64,000 bases of DNA, from assembly GCA_026396805.1 (NCBI GenBank), contig JAPLVZ010000016.1, forward strand, positions 8,122 through 72,121. The letters are read 5' to 3'. This DNA comes from Candidatus Falkowbacteria bacterium. Lineage in GTDB: Bacteria; Patescibacteriota; Patescibacteriia; Patescibacteriales; UBA12465. Made by a program: the position numbers and the translations under genes. Positions 41,938 through 51,704 of this stretch are shown here, piece by piece. Every line of letters starts with the position of its first letter. Position 1 is the stretch's first letter. The notes under the pieces were generated by a model. That model made no database searches, was not told where the DNA came from, and saw nothing but the letters and a program-made list of their open reading frames with translations.

Positions 41938-43938
41938 TTATTCTACCCGTCCGGAATTGCTTAAACCGGCGATATCATCATCTTCTAATTTAGTAGTTTT
42001 AGCTTCGGTCTTCCAAGTGATAGTGTCTTTAGTCGTCGTATCTGTCGCGCTGACCGTCGTGCCCGGCGATAAGACTAAAATCCGATTACGATCACTCTCC
42101 GTCGGTGTCAGACTGATTCCGAATTCCGCGTCCGCGCGATAGACTGAAACCGGTAAGCGGCCGATTTCCCAGATTACCTGATGAGTCGCGCTGTCATAAT
42201 AGATACTGCCGACATTAGTCGTATTATTATTATCCCAGGCCACATAACTCGGCAAGGTCAAAACCACGCGCGCGTCTGTTAATTCATGGAGATTATTCTT
42301 CACCGTCCAATAAACTTTAACACTGGTCCTTTCCCCGACTTTGGGCGGTAAGGGACCGGAACCGACCGGCAGATTATCGCTATTAAAATAGAGGATGGCC
42401 TCGCTTAACGATAAATCGCTGTTAATCAAGCTGGTGATGGTATTACTCTTATTCTCGTCATTTTTAATCGCTTTATTATTCAGGCTATATTGCCCGTAAG
42501 AAACCACGCTCAAAGCCTTGCCCTGGTCGCTATCCTTGAAAGCGGATAAATTAAGGCTAAAATCAATCGTCCCTTCTATGCCGGGCTTTATTTCCGCGAG
42601 TTCCGGCACTTCATTTTTAGTCCAGATTATCGTTTGGTCTCCGACTTCGCCTTTTTTCTCGTCGACGAGAGAGCTCCAATTTAAAAAGTCACTGTTTAAG
42701 ACCGCCATGATCACCGCGTCTTTATAGGCGACAGCGCCGCGATTGGAATAAGCGAGCGAATAATGCAAAGGCTGGCCGAAAGTAAGCGCCCCATCATTCT
42801 TGGATCCGTTAAGAATCATCGTTAAATTCAGATCGCTGGAAACCAGTTCCGGCTTAAAAGATTTTTCCCAAAAAACATAAGCCTCGCCGCTCTCTATTTT
42901 CTTTTCCAAACGCACTTTTATTTCCAGGTTGTCCGATTTCTGTTTAACCTTATAAGCCAGCGGGATTTCTTGGCGTCCGGAAACTTGCAGCAGATTACTG
43001 ACTTGCCAACTGGCGCCGCCGGTTTTCGTCACTATAATCTTGGTTGAGGTCCCGGCGCTGATCGGTGTCGTTGTCGCCTTACTCGCGCCGGCCGTAACGA
43101 CCGAAGCGTTCGCTTCCACCGGCAAGGTAAAAGCGATATTAAAATCACCTAAATAATTCTCTTTGACATCCGATAAGACCAGGATTATCTCGTTATCTTG
43201 ATTGATAAAACCCGTGCTGGAATAACTCAAATCGACATTAAAGCCTAAACCGCTCACGATCGTGGAGGCGGAAGTTTCTTTCTTGAATTGGCTGGATAAT
43301 GTTCCCGGCAAATAGCTTAAATAACCGACAATGACATTAACGGAGTCCGGCTGACCGATGAGGCGGCCGGTAATCGTCAGTGAGTTAACGGCCCCCGGGG
43401 AAATATCCGGAAGATCCCAGCCGTAATTACCGCTGCTGGGCGCGACGGAGGCCGCCGTCAAGACAAAATTGGCCGGATATTGGATTTCCAGACGCGCATG
43501 CGACAGAATATACTTAGTCGGGTTCTGATAAGTCACCTGATAAAAAAATTCTTCGCCGGCTAAGATATTTTCCGGAGCGCTGATTTTAAAATCCAAGCCG
43601 CTGACATCGTTACTGCTGGAAAACCAGTAAGTATAAACGAAATAAGCGGCGACGGCGATAAGCGCCAGAATCAATAAGCGTTTGAAAAGCCGCACGATAA
43701 AAATCGGCCGCTTCTTGATATTCATTTTCTGAACATCCACTTGACCGCCCTTCTTATCCAGATAAATTTCTGAAAAATTGGAATCTATTTCCTGTTCGCG
43801 CACTTCACGGCCGACGACGCGCTCAAAAGTGGCGACTTCTTTTTCCGTCGGCACCGGCCGTTCCACGAATGAAGACAGGCTGGAGGCCTCGTCCAAACCG
43901 ACTTTCAAGATTCTTTTGATTTTTTTTTCTTCAGGCAT
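41938..43938 (-). CDS. single-pass membrane protein with large extracytoplasmic beta-rich repeat region (unknown family)
   Basis: 666 aa. A cytoplasmic N-terminal region, the TM helix LLILALIAVAAYFVYTYWF, then Ser/Thr/Asn-rich beta-sandwich-like segments. Confidence 0.7.
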   Translation of the reverse strand: MPEEKKIKRILKVGLDEASSLSSFVERPVPTEKEVATFERVVGREVREQEIDSNFSEIYLDKKGGQVDVQKMNIKKRPIFIVRLFKRLLILALIAVAAYFVYTYWFSSSNDVSGLDFKISAPENILAGEEFFYQVTYQNPTKYILSHARLEIQYPANFVLTAASVAPSSGNYGWDLPDISPGAVNSLTITGRLIGQPDSVNVIVGYLSYLPGTLSSQFKKETSASTIVSGLGFNVDLSYSSTGFINQDNEIILVLSDVKENYLGDFNIAFTLPVEANASVVTAGASKATTTPISAGTSTKIIVTKTGGASWQVSNLLQVSGRQEIPLAYKVKQKSDNLEIKVRLEKKIESGEAYVFWEKSFKPELVSSDLNLTMILNGSKNDGALTFGQPLHYSLAYSNRGAVAYKDAVIMAVLNSDFLNWSSLVDEKKGEVGDQTIIWTKNEVPELAEIKPGIEGTIDFSLNLSAFKDSDQGKALSVVSYGQYSLNNKAIKNDENKSNTITSLINSDLSLSEAILYFNSDNLPVGSGPLPPKVGERTSVKVYWTVKNNLHELTDARVVLTLPSYVAWDNNNTTNVGSIYYDSATHQVIWEIGRLPVSVYRADAEFGISLTPTESDRNRILVLSPGTTVSATDTTTKDTITWKTEAKTTKLEDDDIAGLSNSGRVE

Positions 43939-43968
43939 AAACGGATAAATTAGGATTTAAAAGCTAAA

Positions 43969-44004
43969 ATTATTTATTTTTTCGGGATTATTTATTTTTT
44001 CGGG
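43969..44004. repeat. perfect 18-bp tandem duplication (ATTATTTATTTTTTCGGG x2) between the DUF4012 gene and the 666-aa gene
   Basis: Regions 43969-86 and 43987-44004 are identical, read directly. Confidence 0.95.
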
Positions 44005-44028
44005 GTGATTTGATTTTCCGACAACAAT

Positions 44029-46674
44029 TTAATTTTTCTTCTCCAAAAGGAGAGAATAATACTTATCAGAATCAAGCGACGCGCTTATTTCCCAACCGTT
44101 TGGTCCGCTGGAATCTTCCGGCCAACGCCAAAAAACATTCAAATTGTCCGGCAGGCGCAAGCGGCTCGTGAATTCGCTCGGCCGCGACCCCGGTTGTTTC
44201 TGGACCAATAAGGAATAAGGCAACAATTGCGGCGCGTCCGCGTTGAGCCAACCGTTCAAGCGTTTCAGCCAACTATCATCAGTCTTGGCGGTAAAGATAT
44301 TAAAAGGTAAACGATATTTTATAACGACAGTGGCGGTCTGTCCCGGATCGACCATCAGCCAATTCGCGAAAACCGTCTTATTATTTTCCGTATAAATCTT
44401 GACGCCGGTCGCGCTGTCAGTGGCCGCCGCCATTTCCGCGGTGAGGAGCGGCGTCTTAACCCAGTCCGCTTCCGGTTTGTCCTGAAGATACTGGGCTTCC
44501 GGCGCGACAAAACCGGTCGCGCCGAGGAGCTCGCTGCCAAGAGGAACATAAACTCTTAGCCAATCAACATTACGCACTCCGGTCAGCGCTTCATTTTTCA
44601 AACCGTTATGCGTCCGTGTAATCGTCACGGTATTAATCAAATCGCCGTCCATTCCCGCTTCGCTCACTAAATCTATCTTTTCACTCATTAAACGGTCGGA
44701 TTTCTGTCCGGCGATATTCGTGTTAACAACCATTAAATAATCCCTATCGGTCGGACGTACTTCTCCGGCCCAATTACGGCTGACGAATTCCGACTGGAGC
44801 GTCGGATCGTTAAAATAGAATAAAATCTGCTTCTCGGACATATTTTCCTCCCAGATGGTAATTATCTTCACCAGGTTTTCCTTATTCAATTTCTGCGGCA
44901 GGATTTCCAAAATCTTCGCCAGCAAGTCGCCGATAATTTTTTTCGGCTTATTCTCGGAGTTGATATCTAAACCCTGTTCTAAGGGTAAATCCGACTTAAT
45001 GACCGTGGAGGTCGCCGGTAAACCGGCGATAACCTCGGGGTGAGTCTTGGCCAGATTCTTTTGTTCCGTAATCTTCTGGACTGTTTCCCAAAAATTATCT
45101 TTATCGATAATCAAACCGTATTCCGCCGTCAAATCAAGCGGTCCGGTAATTTCCAGTAAACGCTCGACGACTGTCGGCGTGACGCTAATGACGCCGTCTA
45201 CGCTCGGACCGCCGCTTTTTTCATAAAACCACATCAAATTTTTCGCCGTTGTCGGCCAGTCCGGCCACCAATTCGCGTCCCAAAAATGCCAGAGCGGACT
45301 GACGAGCCAAAGCGGCTCGGGCGCGACAACACTTATTTTCATTCCACCTTCGGTATCATAAGAACCGCCACCCGGGACTTCTAAATTACGGATCTGACCG
45401 TCACGAATATCAACCAGCGCGTAACTGCCCAAAAAACCGCCGCTCCCGCGCATTTCCGCGTTATTTTGAAAAACCAACAAATATCTTTTATCACGGCTTG
45501 ATCCCAGGACTTCCTGGAGTTTAGTGCCGACGGAAACGAAATTGTCCAAATTGTCGGAGAGTAATCCGGCTTGTTGGCTTAAAGATTCAAACTTGGCTTG
45601 GTAGGCTTCCGGTAAATTATCCGGATTTATTTTGGCGATAGTTTTTTTTAAAGACTTGGCATCTGACACCGCCGAATTTCCGTAAACCAAAAAATTATCC
45701 AAGGACACGCGGAAATTATTCTTATCCCCGCTGAACAGACTATCGGTCGCCAGAACCAGATTCCGGCCTAAAGACGAAGCGGCCGCTCCGGCCGCTAAGA
45801 ATTTCTTGCTTTCCGCGGCTAATTTTATTTTAGGGTCGCTTGAAAAGGCGGCGAGAACTAGAATAGAATCATTAATCTTATTTAAATCGTTCTGGGCTTC
45901 TAAAAAGTTCGCGCCGGCAATTTGAAAATCGGCGTCGGCATTTTTCAAGTCCATTCTTGATACCGAATCGGCCGCCGCCATCAGGCTATTTATGGCTAAT
46001 TCAGAACGACTGACTATTCTTTCTTCCAGGCGCTTGAAATCTAAAATATCTAAGGTGGACAAAATTTTAAAAGGCAAGATTATTAAGAATAAAATCAAGG
46101 AAAAATATAAAACGGAACGGTACCAAGCAGTCGGAGCGACCGCTTTTTTCGACGTTATTAATGTTTCTTTCAGCCTTTCCGTCTTATCCGTCTTTCTTTT
46201 TTCCGCCCCTGCTTGAGCGTCAGCTTTTAGACGCGACATCTTGAGGTCTAAGGCTTTCTGCCAAGCCGCTTCCCGCGCTTTCAGCTCTGTCGCCCAAGCC
46301 AACCTTTTATTTTTTAAAAAACCGGAACGCCAAGAAATATTCAGTAAATCGAAAAAACCCGTCCGTGGTTTCCTAAATAATACCGGTTTCCCGGGCAATA
46401 AGAGATTGGGGGTGATTTTTTTGGCCGCCGTTTCTAATTTCTTCCAATCTTTTTCCAGGCTCTCTTTTATTCTCCGACTTATTTTCTGACCCTGGTCTTT
46501 AATAATCCCAGCCTCTCTCTTAACAATCCCGATCCCTTTCTTAGCGGCCCGAGCTTCCGACTTTAAATCATGAACCGCTTTTTTTTCCACGTTCCGTAAA
46601 TCCACGACAAAATTAGAGAAACGTTCTCGGTTAAGATTATAATTATTTGCCGATGTTTTCCGGTTTGTTTCCAT
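44029..46674 (-). CDS. DUF4012-like large membrane-anchored protein
   Basis: 881 aa. A Lys-rich coiled N-terminal region, a TM helix, and FQNNAEMRGSGGFLGSYALVDIRDG, the signature I associate with DUF4012. Confidence 0.7.
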   Translation of the reverse strand: METNRKTSANNYNLNRERFSNFVVDLRNVEKKAVHDLKSEARAAKKGIGIVKREAGIIKDQGQKISRRIKESLEKDWKKLETAAKKITPNLLLPGKPVLFRKPRTGFFDLLNISWRSGFLKNKRLAWATELKAREAAWQKALDLKMSRLKADAQAGAEKRKTDKTERLKETLITSKKAVAPTAWYRSVLYFSLILFLIILPFKILSTLDILDFKRLEERIVSRSELAINSLMAAADSVSRMDLKNADADFQIAGANFLEAQNDLNKINDSILVLAAFSSDPKIKLAAESKKFLAAGAAASSLGRNLVLATDSLFSGDKNNFRVSLDNFLVYGNSAVSDAKSLKKTIAKINPDNLPEAYQAKFESLSQQAGLLSDNLDNFVSVGTKLQEVLGSSRDKRYLLVFQNNAEMRGSGGFLGSYALVDIRDGQIRNLEVPGGGSYDTEGGMKISVVAPEPLWLVSPLWHFWDANWWPDWPTTAKNLMWFYEKSGGPSVDGVISVTPTVVERLLEITGPLDLTAEYGLIIDKDNFWETVQKITEQKNLAKTHPEVIAGLPATSTVIKSDLPLEQGLDINSENKPKKIIGDLLAKILEILPQKLNKENLVKIITIWEENMSEKQILFYFNDPTLQSEFVSRNWAGEVRPTDRDYLMVVNTNIAGQKSDRLMSEKIDLVSEAGMDGDLINTVTITRTHNGLKNEALTGVRNVDWLRVYVPLGSELLGATGFVAPEAQYLQDKPEADWVKTPLLTAEMAAATDSATGVKIYTENNKTVFANWLMVDPGQTATVVIKYRLPFNIFTAKTDDSWLKRLNGWLNADAPQLLPYSLLVQKQPGSRPSEFTSRLRLPDNLNVFWRWPEDSSGPNGWEISASLDSDKYYSLLLEKKN

Positions 46675-46739
46675 TTTTTTGATTCTTCTCTTTATCTTTA
46701 AATACTTGGTAATTTCTAACTTTTTGAATTTCTAATTTA

Positions 46740-47960
46740 TTATTTTAACGCCGCTCTTTCAACGTCGCCATGGCAATGTTTCCTTGGCAGCGCCTCTTGA
46801 TAAACAGCCAGGGTTTCACGAGCGCACTCCCACCAATTATATTTTTTTGCTCTCGCTAAACCGAGGGCGATAAAGCGGTCGCACAGTTCCTTATCGTCCA
46901 ACACTGACCTGATCTTCACGATCATATCCCCTTCATCTTCCGGATTAAAATAAACGGCGGCGGAACCGAGAATTTCCGGGAGCGAGGCCCGGTCGGAACT
47001 AAGCACCGGACAACCATTGGCCATCGCTTCTAAAGGCGGCAGTCCGAAACCTTCATAAAGCGAAGGAAAAATATAAGCGCGCGCTTCGGCATATAATATT
47101 TCCAATTGCGCGTCCGGGACATAACCGGGAAAGATTACCGGACTGTTGATATTCTCTTTCTGCCATAAGTTCAGAGTTCGCGCCGCCTCCTTGACCCGTT
47201 CATAAAAATAGTCCAATTTGCCGACCAGCACCAAGCGTAAATCCGGATATTCTCCGCGCAAACGGCTAAAAACCTTTAAAAGTATGGCCAAGTTCTTATG
47301 CGGATAAGCATTGCCGACATAAAGAAGGAAATTCTGCCGCAGATGATATTGAGCTAAAATTTCACGGTTATCAAGCCTGGAAACGAACAGAGAATCGCGC
47401 CCCTTGGCCAGATTGGCCACGCCTTCGTAAGTAACCGCGATTTTTTCCGGCTTGATTCCGAACTTACGGACGATGTCTCTTTTGGTAAACTGCGAAACCG
47501 TAATGATTTTCCGGGCGCGCTTGAGCGCGATTAAGATGACCAAACGATAAGCGAAATTCTTAAAATAATATAAAGTCGGCCGCCGCGTCGTCGCGCGGAC
47601 GGTCGGGAAATGAGTTAAAATAAGATCATGGATGGTCACGACAAATTTTCCCGGTGTCAGTATCGGCACGTTAAAATGCGGAAAATGAATCAGGTCCAAT
47701 TTTTCCCGCCCCAAATAAAACGGCATTAACAACTGTTCTTTCCAGCCATACCAAGGGCAATCAAGTTTGACTTTTTTCACCCCCGGACGGTCGGCGGCGA
47801 ATTCATCAAAATTAGCCGGACTCAAAAAAATAATAAATTCAAAAACCTCGCCGTCGGCGGTGTCCATAATCTTAATGATATTATCAACCACTTCTTGCGT
47901 ATAACGGCCCAAACCTTTGCCGATCGGGCCGTAGAAGCGGGCGTCGATGCCTATCTTCAT
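46740..47960 (-). CDS. glycosyltransferase, GT-B fold (GT4/GT1 family)
   Basis: The C-terminal motif is PSLYEGFGLPPLEAMANGCPVLSSD. Confidence 0.9.
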   Translation of the reverse strand: MKIGIDARFYGPIGKGLGRYTQEVVDNIIKIMDTADGEVFEFIIFLSPANFDEFAADRPGVKKVKLDCPWYGWKEQLLMPFYLGREKLDLIHFPHFNVPILTPGKFVVTIHDLILTHFPTVRATTRRPTLYYFKNFAYRLVILIALKRARKIITVSQFTKRDIVRKFGIKPEKIAVTYEGVANLAKGRDSLFVSRLDNREILAQYHLRQNFLLYVGNAYPHKNLAILLKVFSRLRGEYPDLRLVLVGKLDYFYERVKEAARTLNLWQKENINSPVIFPGYVPDAQLEILYAEARAYIFPSLYEGFGLPPLEAMANGCPVLSSDRASLPEILGSAAVYFNPEDEGDMIVKIRSVLDDKELCDRFIALGLARAKKYNWWECARETLAVYQEALPRKHCHGDVERAALK

Positions 47961-47971
47961 GGGGATTAAAA

Positions 47972-49429
47972 TTAAATGAACGGCAAGTTAGTCGGCGGCG
48001 GCGCTTTCTTCTCGATTAAATCTTCAATCGTCTCCGGTCGGGAAGACTTTTGGGCGCTGGCGGGCTTCGCCCCCAACGTTTGAGAATACTCGGTAAAAAT
48101 ATCCGACAGCTCGGTTTTCTTTTCTTCGGCGATCGGCAAGGAGGCGGGAGCGTCCGCTCTTTTACCGGGCGCTTTCTGAACCATCGCGGCTTTGACGTTA
48201 GCCTCGACCGGAAAATGCCAAAGAGTCGCCAATTCTTCAATATTATATAAACCCGGCCGCCGCCCGCGGTTATCGGAACGTTTTATATAAGCGTTCAGGA
48301 TGCGCCGTTTCTTAATGACTAAACGCGATTCGCGGAAAAAATAAACCGTCCTCGTGAAAGTCATATCCACGTCCGGCTTAAGGTTATTTAAATCCAGAGT
48401 CGCGAATTGTTTCATGTGCCCGACCAGACCGTTAGCGACCTTAGACTTATTCATCACTTCTTTTTTGGCGATATAAATCGCCCGAATTTTGGCTTCGAAT
48501 CCGAGCTTGCTCGTTTTCATCTGGATACCTTCAACCTTGCGTTTTTCGCCCGGAGTAAGTTCCATCATTGATTTCGGCCTCTCTTCCTTGGCCGGCTCCG
48601 ATTCAATATCGGTCCAAATCGGATAGATTATTTCGCTGACGTCGCCGAGAGCCTCTACCCCTTTGGCCACCAGGCCCGGCTTGAATTTTTCTTTCCGGCC
48701 TAAAATCTTATCGATTTCTTTGTCCGATTTCTTGCCCCAGTCAAACCCGGTCGGGATGACGATAATCTGGAACCAAAGATACTCCCCTTGGCGCAGAGAA
48801 CCGCAGAGATCCATTAGGCTCGCCATCGGATCCTTAAACTGGGTCTCGCTCGGACCCATCTGATGTTCGAACTCCTGATAACATTTTATCGGATAAGGCG
48901 AAGCGCTGGCCTGAATGAATTCCGTGCCCCATAAATCATATTCCTCATCCGGAACCCGATGCGGTACGGCGTTAACATAATCGTCAACTTCGGAAATTTC
49001 CGCGTCCGGATATTGCGAATAAACCGCCGATTCCACCAGATTACGATATTCCACCGGCGTATAGACGAGAAATTGCGTATACCCCTCCAGACTCACTATC
49101 TCAAAACTGAAAGCTTTCTGGAATTTACCTTCAAACCATTTTTCAAAAAAATTAATGGAACCGTGGGCGCCGGCGATATACGTAAAGATATTTTCCACCG
49201 CTTTCGGCGATTGTTCATTACCCTTGGGAATATCGATGGCTAAGAGAAGGGTTTGATGCTCTTTTTCCCATTCCCGGCGCACCCAAAAAAGATAAACTTG
49301 CGCCATCCCGTATAAGAAGATGCCGGCTAAAATCAGCCAGCCGAAATTACCCATAAAAACCCAAAACATCTCGTCCGGAGGCAAGTTGAAAAATTGGTCA
49401 AGCCGACTAGTATTTATGACTATATCCAT
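47972..49429 (-). CDS. hypothetical membrane-anchored protein with Pro/Ala/Lys-rich C-terminal tail
   Basis: 485 aa with an N-terminal TM hairpin, then LLLAIDIPKGNEQSPKAVENIF...FSFEIVSLEG...YPDAEISEVDDY. No Walker motif. Confidence 0.65.
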   Translation of the reverse strand: MDIVINTSRLDQFFNLPPDEMFWVFMGNFGWLILAGIFLYGMAQVYLFWVRREWEKEHQTLLLAIDIPKGNEQSPKAVENIFTYIAGAHGSINFFEKWFEGKFQKAFSFEIVSLEGYTQFLVYTPVEYRNLVESAVYSQYPDAEISEVDDYVNAVPHRVPDEEYDLWGTEFIQASASPYPIKCYQEFEHQMGPSETQFKDPMASLMDLCGSLRQGEYLWFQIIVIPTGFDWGKKSDKEIDKILGRKEKFKPGLVAKGVEALGDVSEIIYPIWTDIESEPAKEERPKSMMELTPGEKRKVEGIQMKTSKLGFEAKIRAIYIAKKEVMNKSKVANGLVGHMKQFATLDLNNLKPDVDMTFTRTVYFFRESRLVIKKRRILNAYIKRSDNRGRRPGLYNIEELATLWHFPVEANVKAAMVQKAPGKRADAPASLPIAEEKKTELSDIFTEYSQTLGAKPASAQKSSRPETIEDLIEKKAPPPTNLPFI

Positions 49430-49461
49430 AGCGGAAGATTATGTAGGTATTTTACCATATA

Positions 49462-49501
49462 AAAAATAAAAAATAAAACCCGTTTTCAGTAGAAACGGGT
49501 T
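49462..49501 (-). terminator. rho-independent terminator after the sigma-r4/HARE-HTH gene
   Basis: AACCCGTTT / AAACGGGTT forms a 9-bp stem. On the minus strand it is followed by a long T-rich tract. Confidence 0.7.
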
Positions 49502-49537
49502 TCATTTTATGGATAATTTATAAGCGGTTAAAGCGCC

Positions 49538-50572
49538 TTATTTCTGCCATTCTTTCAGGCCGTAAGTTCCGCGGTTGACCAGGACGTAACGGTCGTCTAA
49601 AATCAGTTCGTTATGAACGGTCGCGGCGTTCGCGGTCTTCTTATCAAACTTCATTTCGTTTATTTTCTTGGCGATTTCGGTAAAATGGAGAGGGCTCTTG
49701 GCATGCTTTAAAATCAGATAGATTTTATCGTTAACGGTTTTCGGCTTGACTTCGCCCCAATCGGCGATACCCCATTCACCGTATTTGTTCTGCTCCAAGT
49801 TCTTTACCGCCTGCATTAAGGAATATAAAATCTTATTGCTATTGATAGTTTCCGCCTTATCGGGAAAAACTTGGCTCTTGAAGACGCTGGTGATATCGGC
49901 GGAGTCGCCGGTTAATTTAGAAGCGTGCTTATTATAAGCCTCCAGTTTTTTTAAAACTTCTAAAAGCTCTTCGGTCGTAAAAGTCTTTTTCAAGCCTTCA
50001 ACCTTCTTCAATAAATCAACGGCCAATTCTTCCAAGTGGCCGACTTCCGTACCTTTTTTCTTAAAAGACGGGTTAAAATTTTCGGAGTCCTCGACTAATT
50101 CCAGGTCATCGTTCATTAATTTAGAAATCAAGAAGTTGAAATGGTTGCGATAAGACTGGCGGCTGGTTTCAGTATCGGCGCCGGCTTCACCGGAACCGTT
50201 GACCTCCAAAGAGATGACTGTCAAAATATCTAAAAGATAATCGCGTCTGATCAAACCGCCGTGTTCGGTCAAAAGGCCTTCCACGACTTCCTTTAAAGAA
50301 GCGATGGCCTCTTCCAGTTTTTCTAATTTCTTGATTTTCTTGATGCTGGCCGCTTCAATTTGACGGACGCGTTCCCGGGTCAGTTTATGAAGGTTGCCGA
50401 TCTTTTCCAGAGTCTCGCCCTTGTCTCCCTTTAAGCCAAAACGGCGGGAGAGGATGTCTTTTTCCCGATCCAAGAGTTCCGAGAATAAAGAATCAACGAT
50501 GCTGATCGCGTCTAAACGGATCAGTTCTTCGGATTTTTTATTCTTAATCATTTTTTCTAATAAATTTTCCAT
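49538..50572 (-). CDS. sigma-70 region-4-like HTH fused to a C-terminal HARE-HTH domain
   Basis: ILSRRFGL...ETLEKIGNLHKLTRERVRQIEAASIKKIKKL is region 4.2-like. The C-terminal IYLILKHAKSPLHFTEIAKKI...GTYGLKEW is HARE-HTH-like. Confidence 0.7.
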   Translation of the reverse strand: MENLLEKMIKNKKSEELIRLDAISIVDSLFSELLDREKDILSRRFGLKGDKGETLEKIGNLHKLTRERVRQIEAASIKKIKKLEKLEEAIASLKEVVEGLLTEHGGLIRRDYLLDILTVISLEVNGSGEAGADTETSRQSYRNHFNFLISKLMNDDLELVEDSENFNPSFKKKGTEVGHLEELAVDLLKKVEGLKKTFTTEELLEVLKKLEAYNKHASKLTGDSADITSVFKSQVFPDKAETINSNKILYSLMQAVKNLEQNKYGEWGIADWGEVKPKTVNDKIYLILKHAKSPLHFTEIAKKINEMKFDKKTANAATVHNELILDDRYVLVNRGTYGLKEWQK

Positions 50573-50649
50573 ATTGGCTATATAAAAAAAATAAACCTTC
50601 TATGTTAATTAGTTTTCCCCATTAATTATTTCTTCACTAATTTATCACA

Positions 50650-51684
50650 TTATTTTATATTAGTCAACCCTCTAGCCTGCCGAAACACAAAAAAATACTC
50701 TTTTAGGAGAAATTGCTCTAATATAAGCGAAAATATAAATAAAAATAAAACCCTTAAAATGACAATAATTTTATTGACAAAGTTTTGTTTTTTCCAGTGT
50801 TTTAAAAAAATAAAATGTTGATTCCGGAAAGACCAGGCTCTGATTTTTTTACTTTTAGCTTGCCGGCCGCGCCAAAAATTTTTTATTCCTCCTTTAGAAA
50901 CCGCGGCCGTCCGGTCGTGATAAATTATCGCGTCCGGCACCAGCCGAGAACCAAAGCCCGCCAAGAAAAGGCGATAAGCCAAATCGCAATCTTCCTTATA
51001 CATAAAAAATCGTTCGTCAAAATATTGAACGGGCCGACTCTCCGGTAAACTCTCTCTATTCTCCGGACGAATTTCTCTATTTTCTGGACGCGTGGCCGCG
51101 ACTTTCTCCAGAGCGCTCAAACGGAATAAGCCGGCCGCGCCCGAAGGACCTAATATCTTGAAGGCTTTATTTTTTTCCTCATCTTCAAGTTTCTCCCGAT
51201 CTTCGATCCCCTGCCCTAAATCGCTGAATTTCAAACCGGGTTTTAAGACGAGCCCGAGAGAATCAATCGTCTTAGTTTTCTTTTTCTCGGCAAAATCCCA
51301 ACGCAAAATTTTTGGAGCGACCGAACCGAGAGAACCGTCGTTATCAAGCGCGGCGATAAGATTCTTAATCGCCTCCGGCTCCATAATCGTATCCGGATTA
51401 ATGACTAAAAAATAATCGGCGCCGTCTTTTATCGCTTCTTTGATTAAAACATTGTAAGCGTACGCAAAACCCAGGTTATGGCCGAGACAGAAATATTCAA
51501 TTCTCTGATGCTGGAACAATATCCGGTTATTCAATAAATTATCTTTATCGCTGTTATCAAAAACATAAACCCGATAATCTTCGGATTTCAAAAAACTTAA
51601 AGCCGCCTCCAGACTCGGCAAAAAATCGTCCAGATATTTGGCGGTCGCTTCATTGTAAGTTATAAAACCGACGGCGAGCTTCAT
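50650..51684 (-). CDS. glycosyltransferase family 2 with C-terminal TM helix
   Basis: FITYNEA...VFDNSD...FLVINPDT and an internal RPENREIRPENRE mini-repeat. Confidence 0.85.
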   Translation of the reverse strand: MKLAVGFITYNEATAKYLDDFLPSLEAALSFLKSEDYRVYVFDNSDKDNLLNNRILFQHQRIEYFCLGHNLGFAYAYNVLIKEAIKDGADYFLVINPDTIMEPEAIKNLIAALDNDGSLGSVAPKILRWDFAEKKKTKTIDSLGLVLKPGLKFSDLGQGIEDREKLEDEEKNKAFKILGPSGAAGLFRLSALEKVAATRPENREIRPENRESLPESRPVQYFDERFFMYKEDCDLAYRLFLAGFGSRLVPDAIIYHDRTAAVSKGGIKNFWRGRQAKSKKIRAWSFRNQHFIFLKHWKKQNFVNKIIVILRVLFLFIFSLILEQFLLKEYFFVFRQARGLTNIK

Positions 51685-51704
51685 ATGACCATTTTAACCT
51701 AGTT

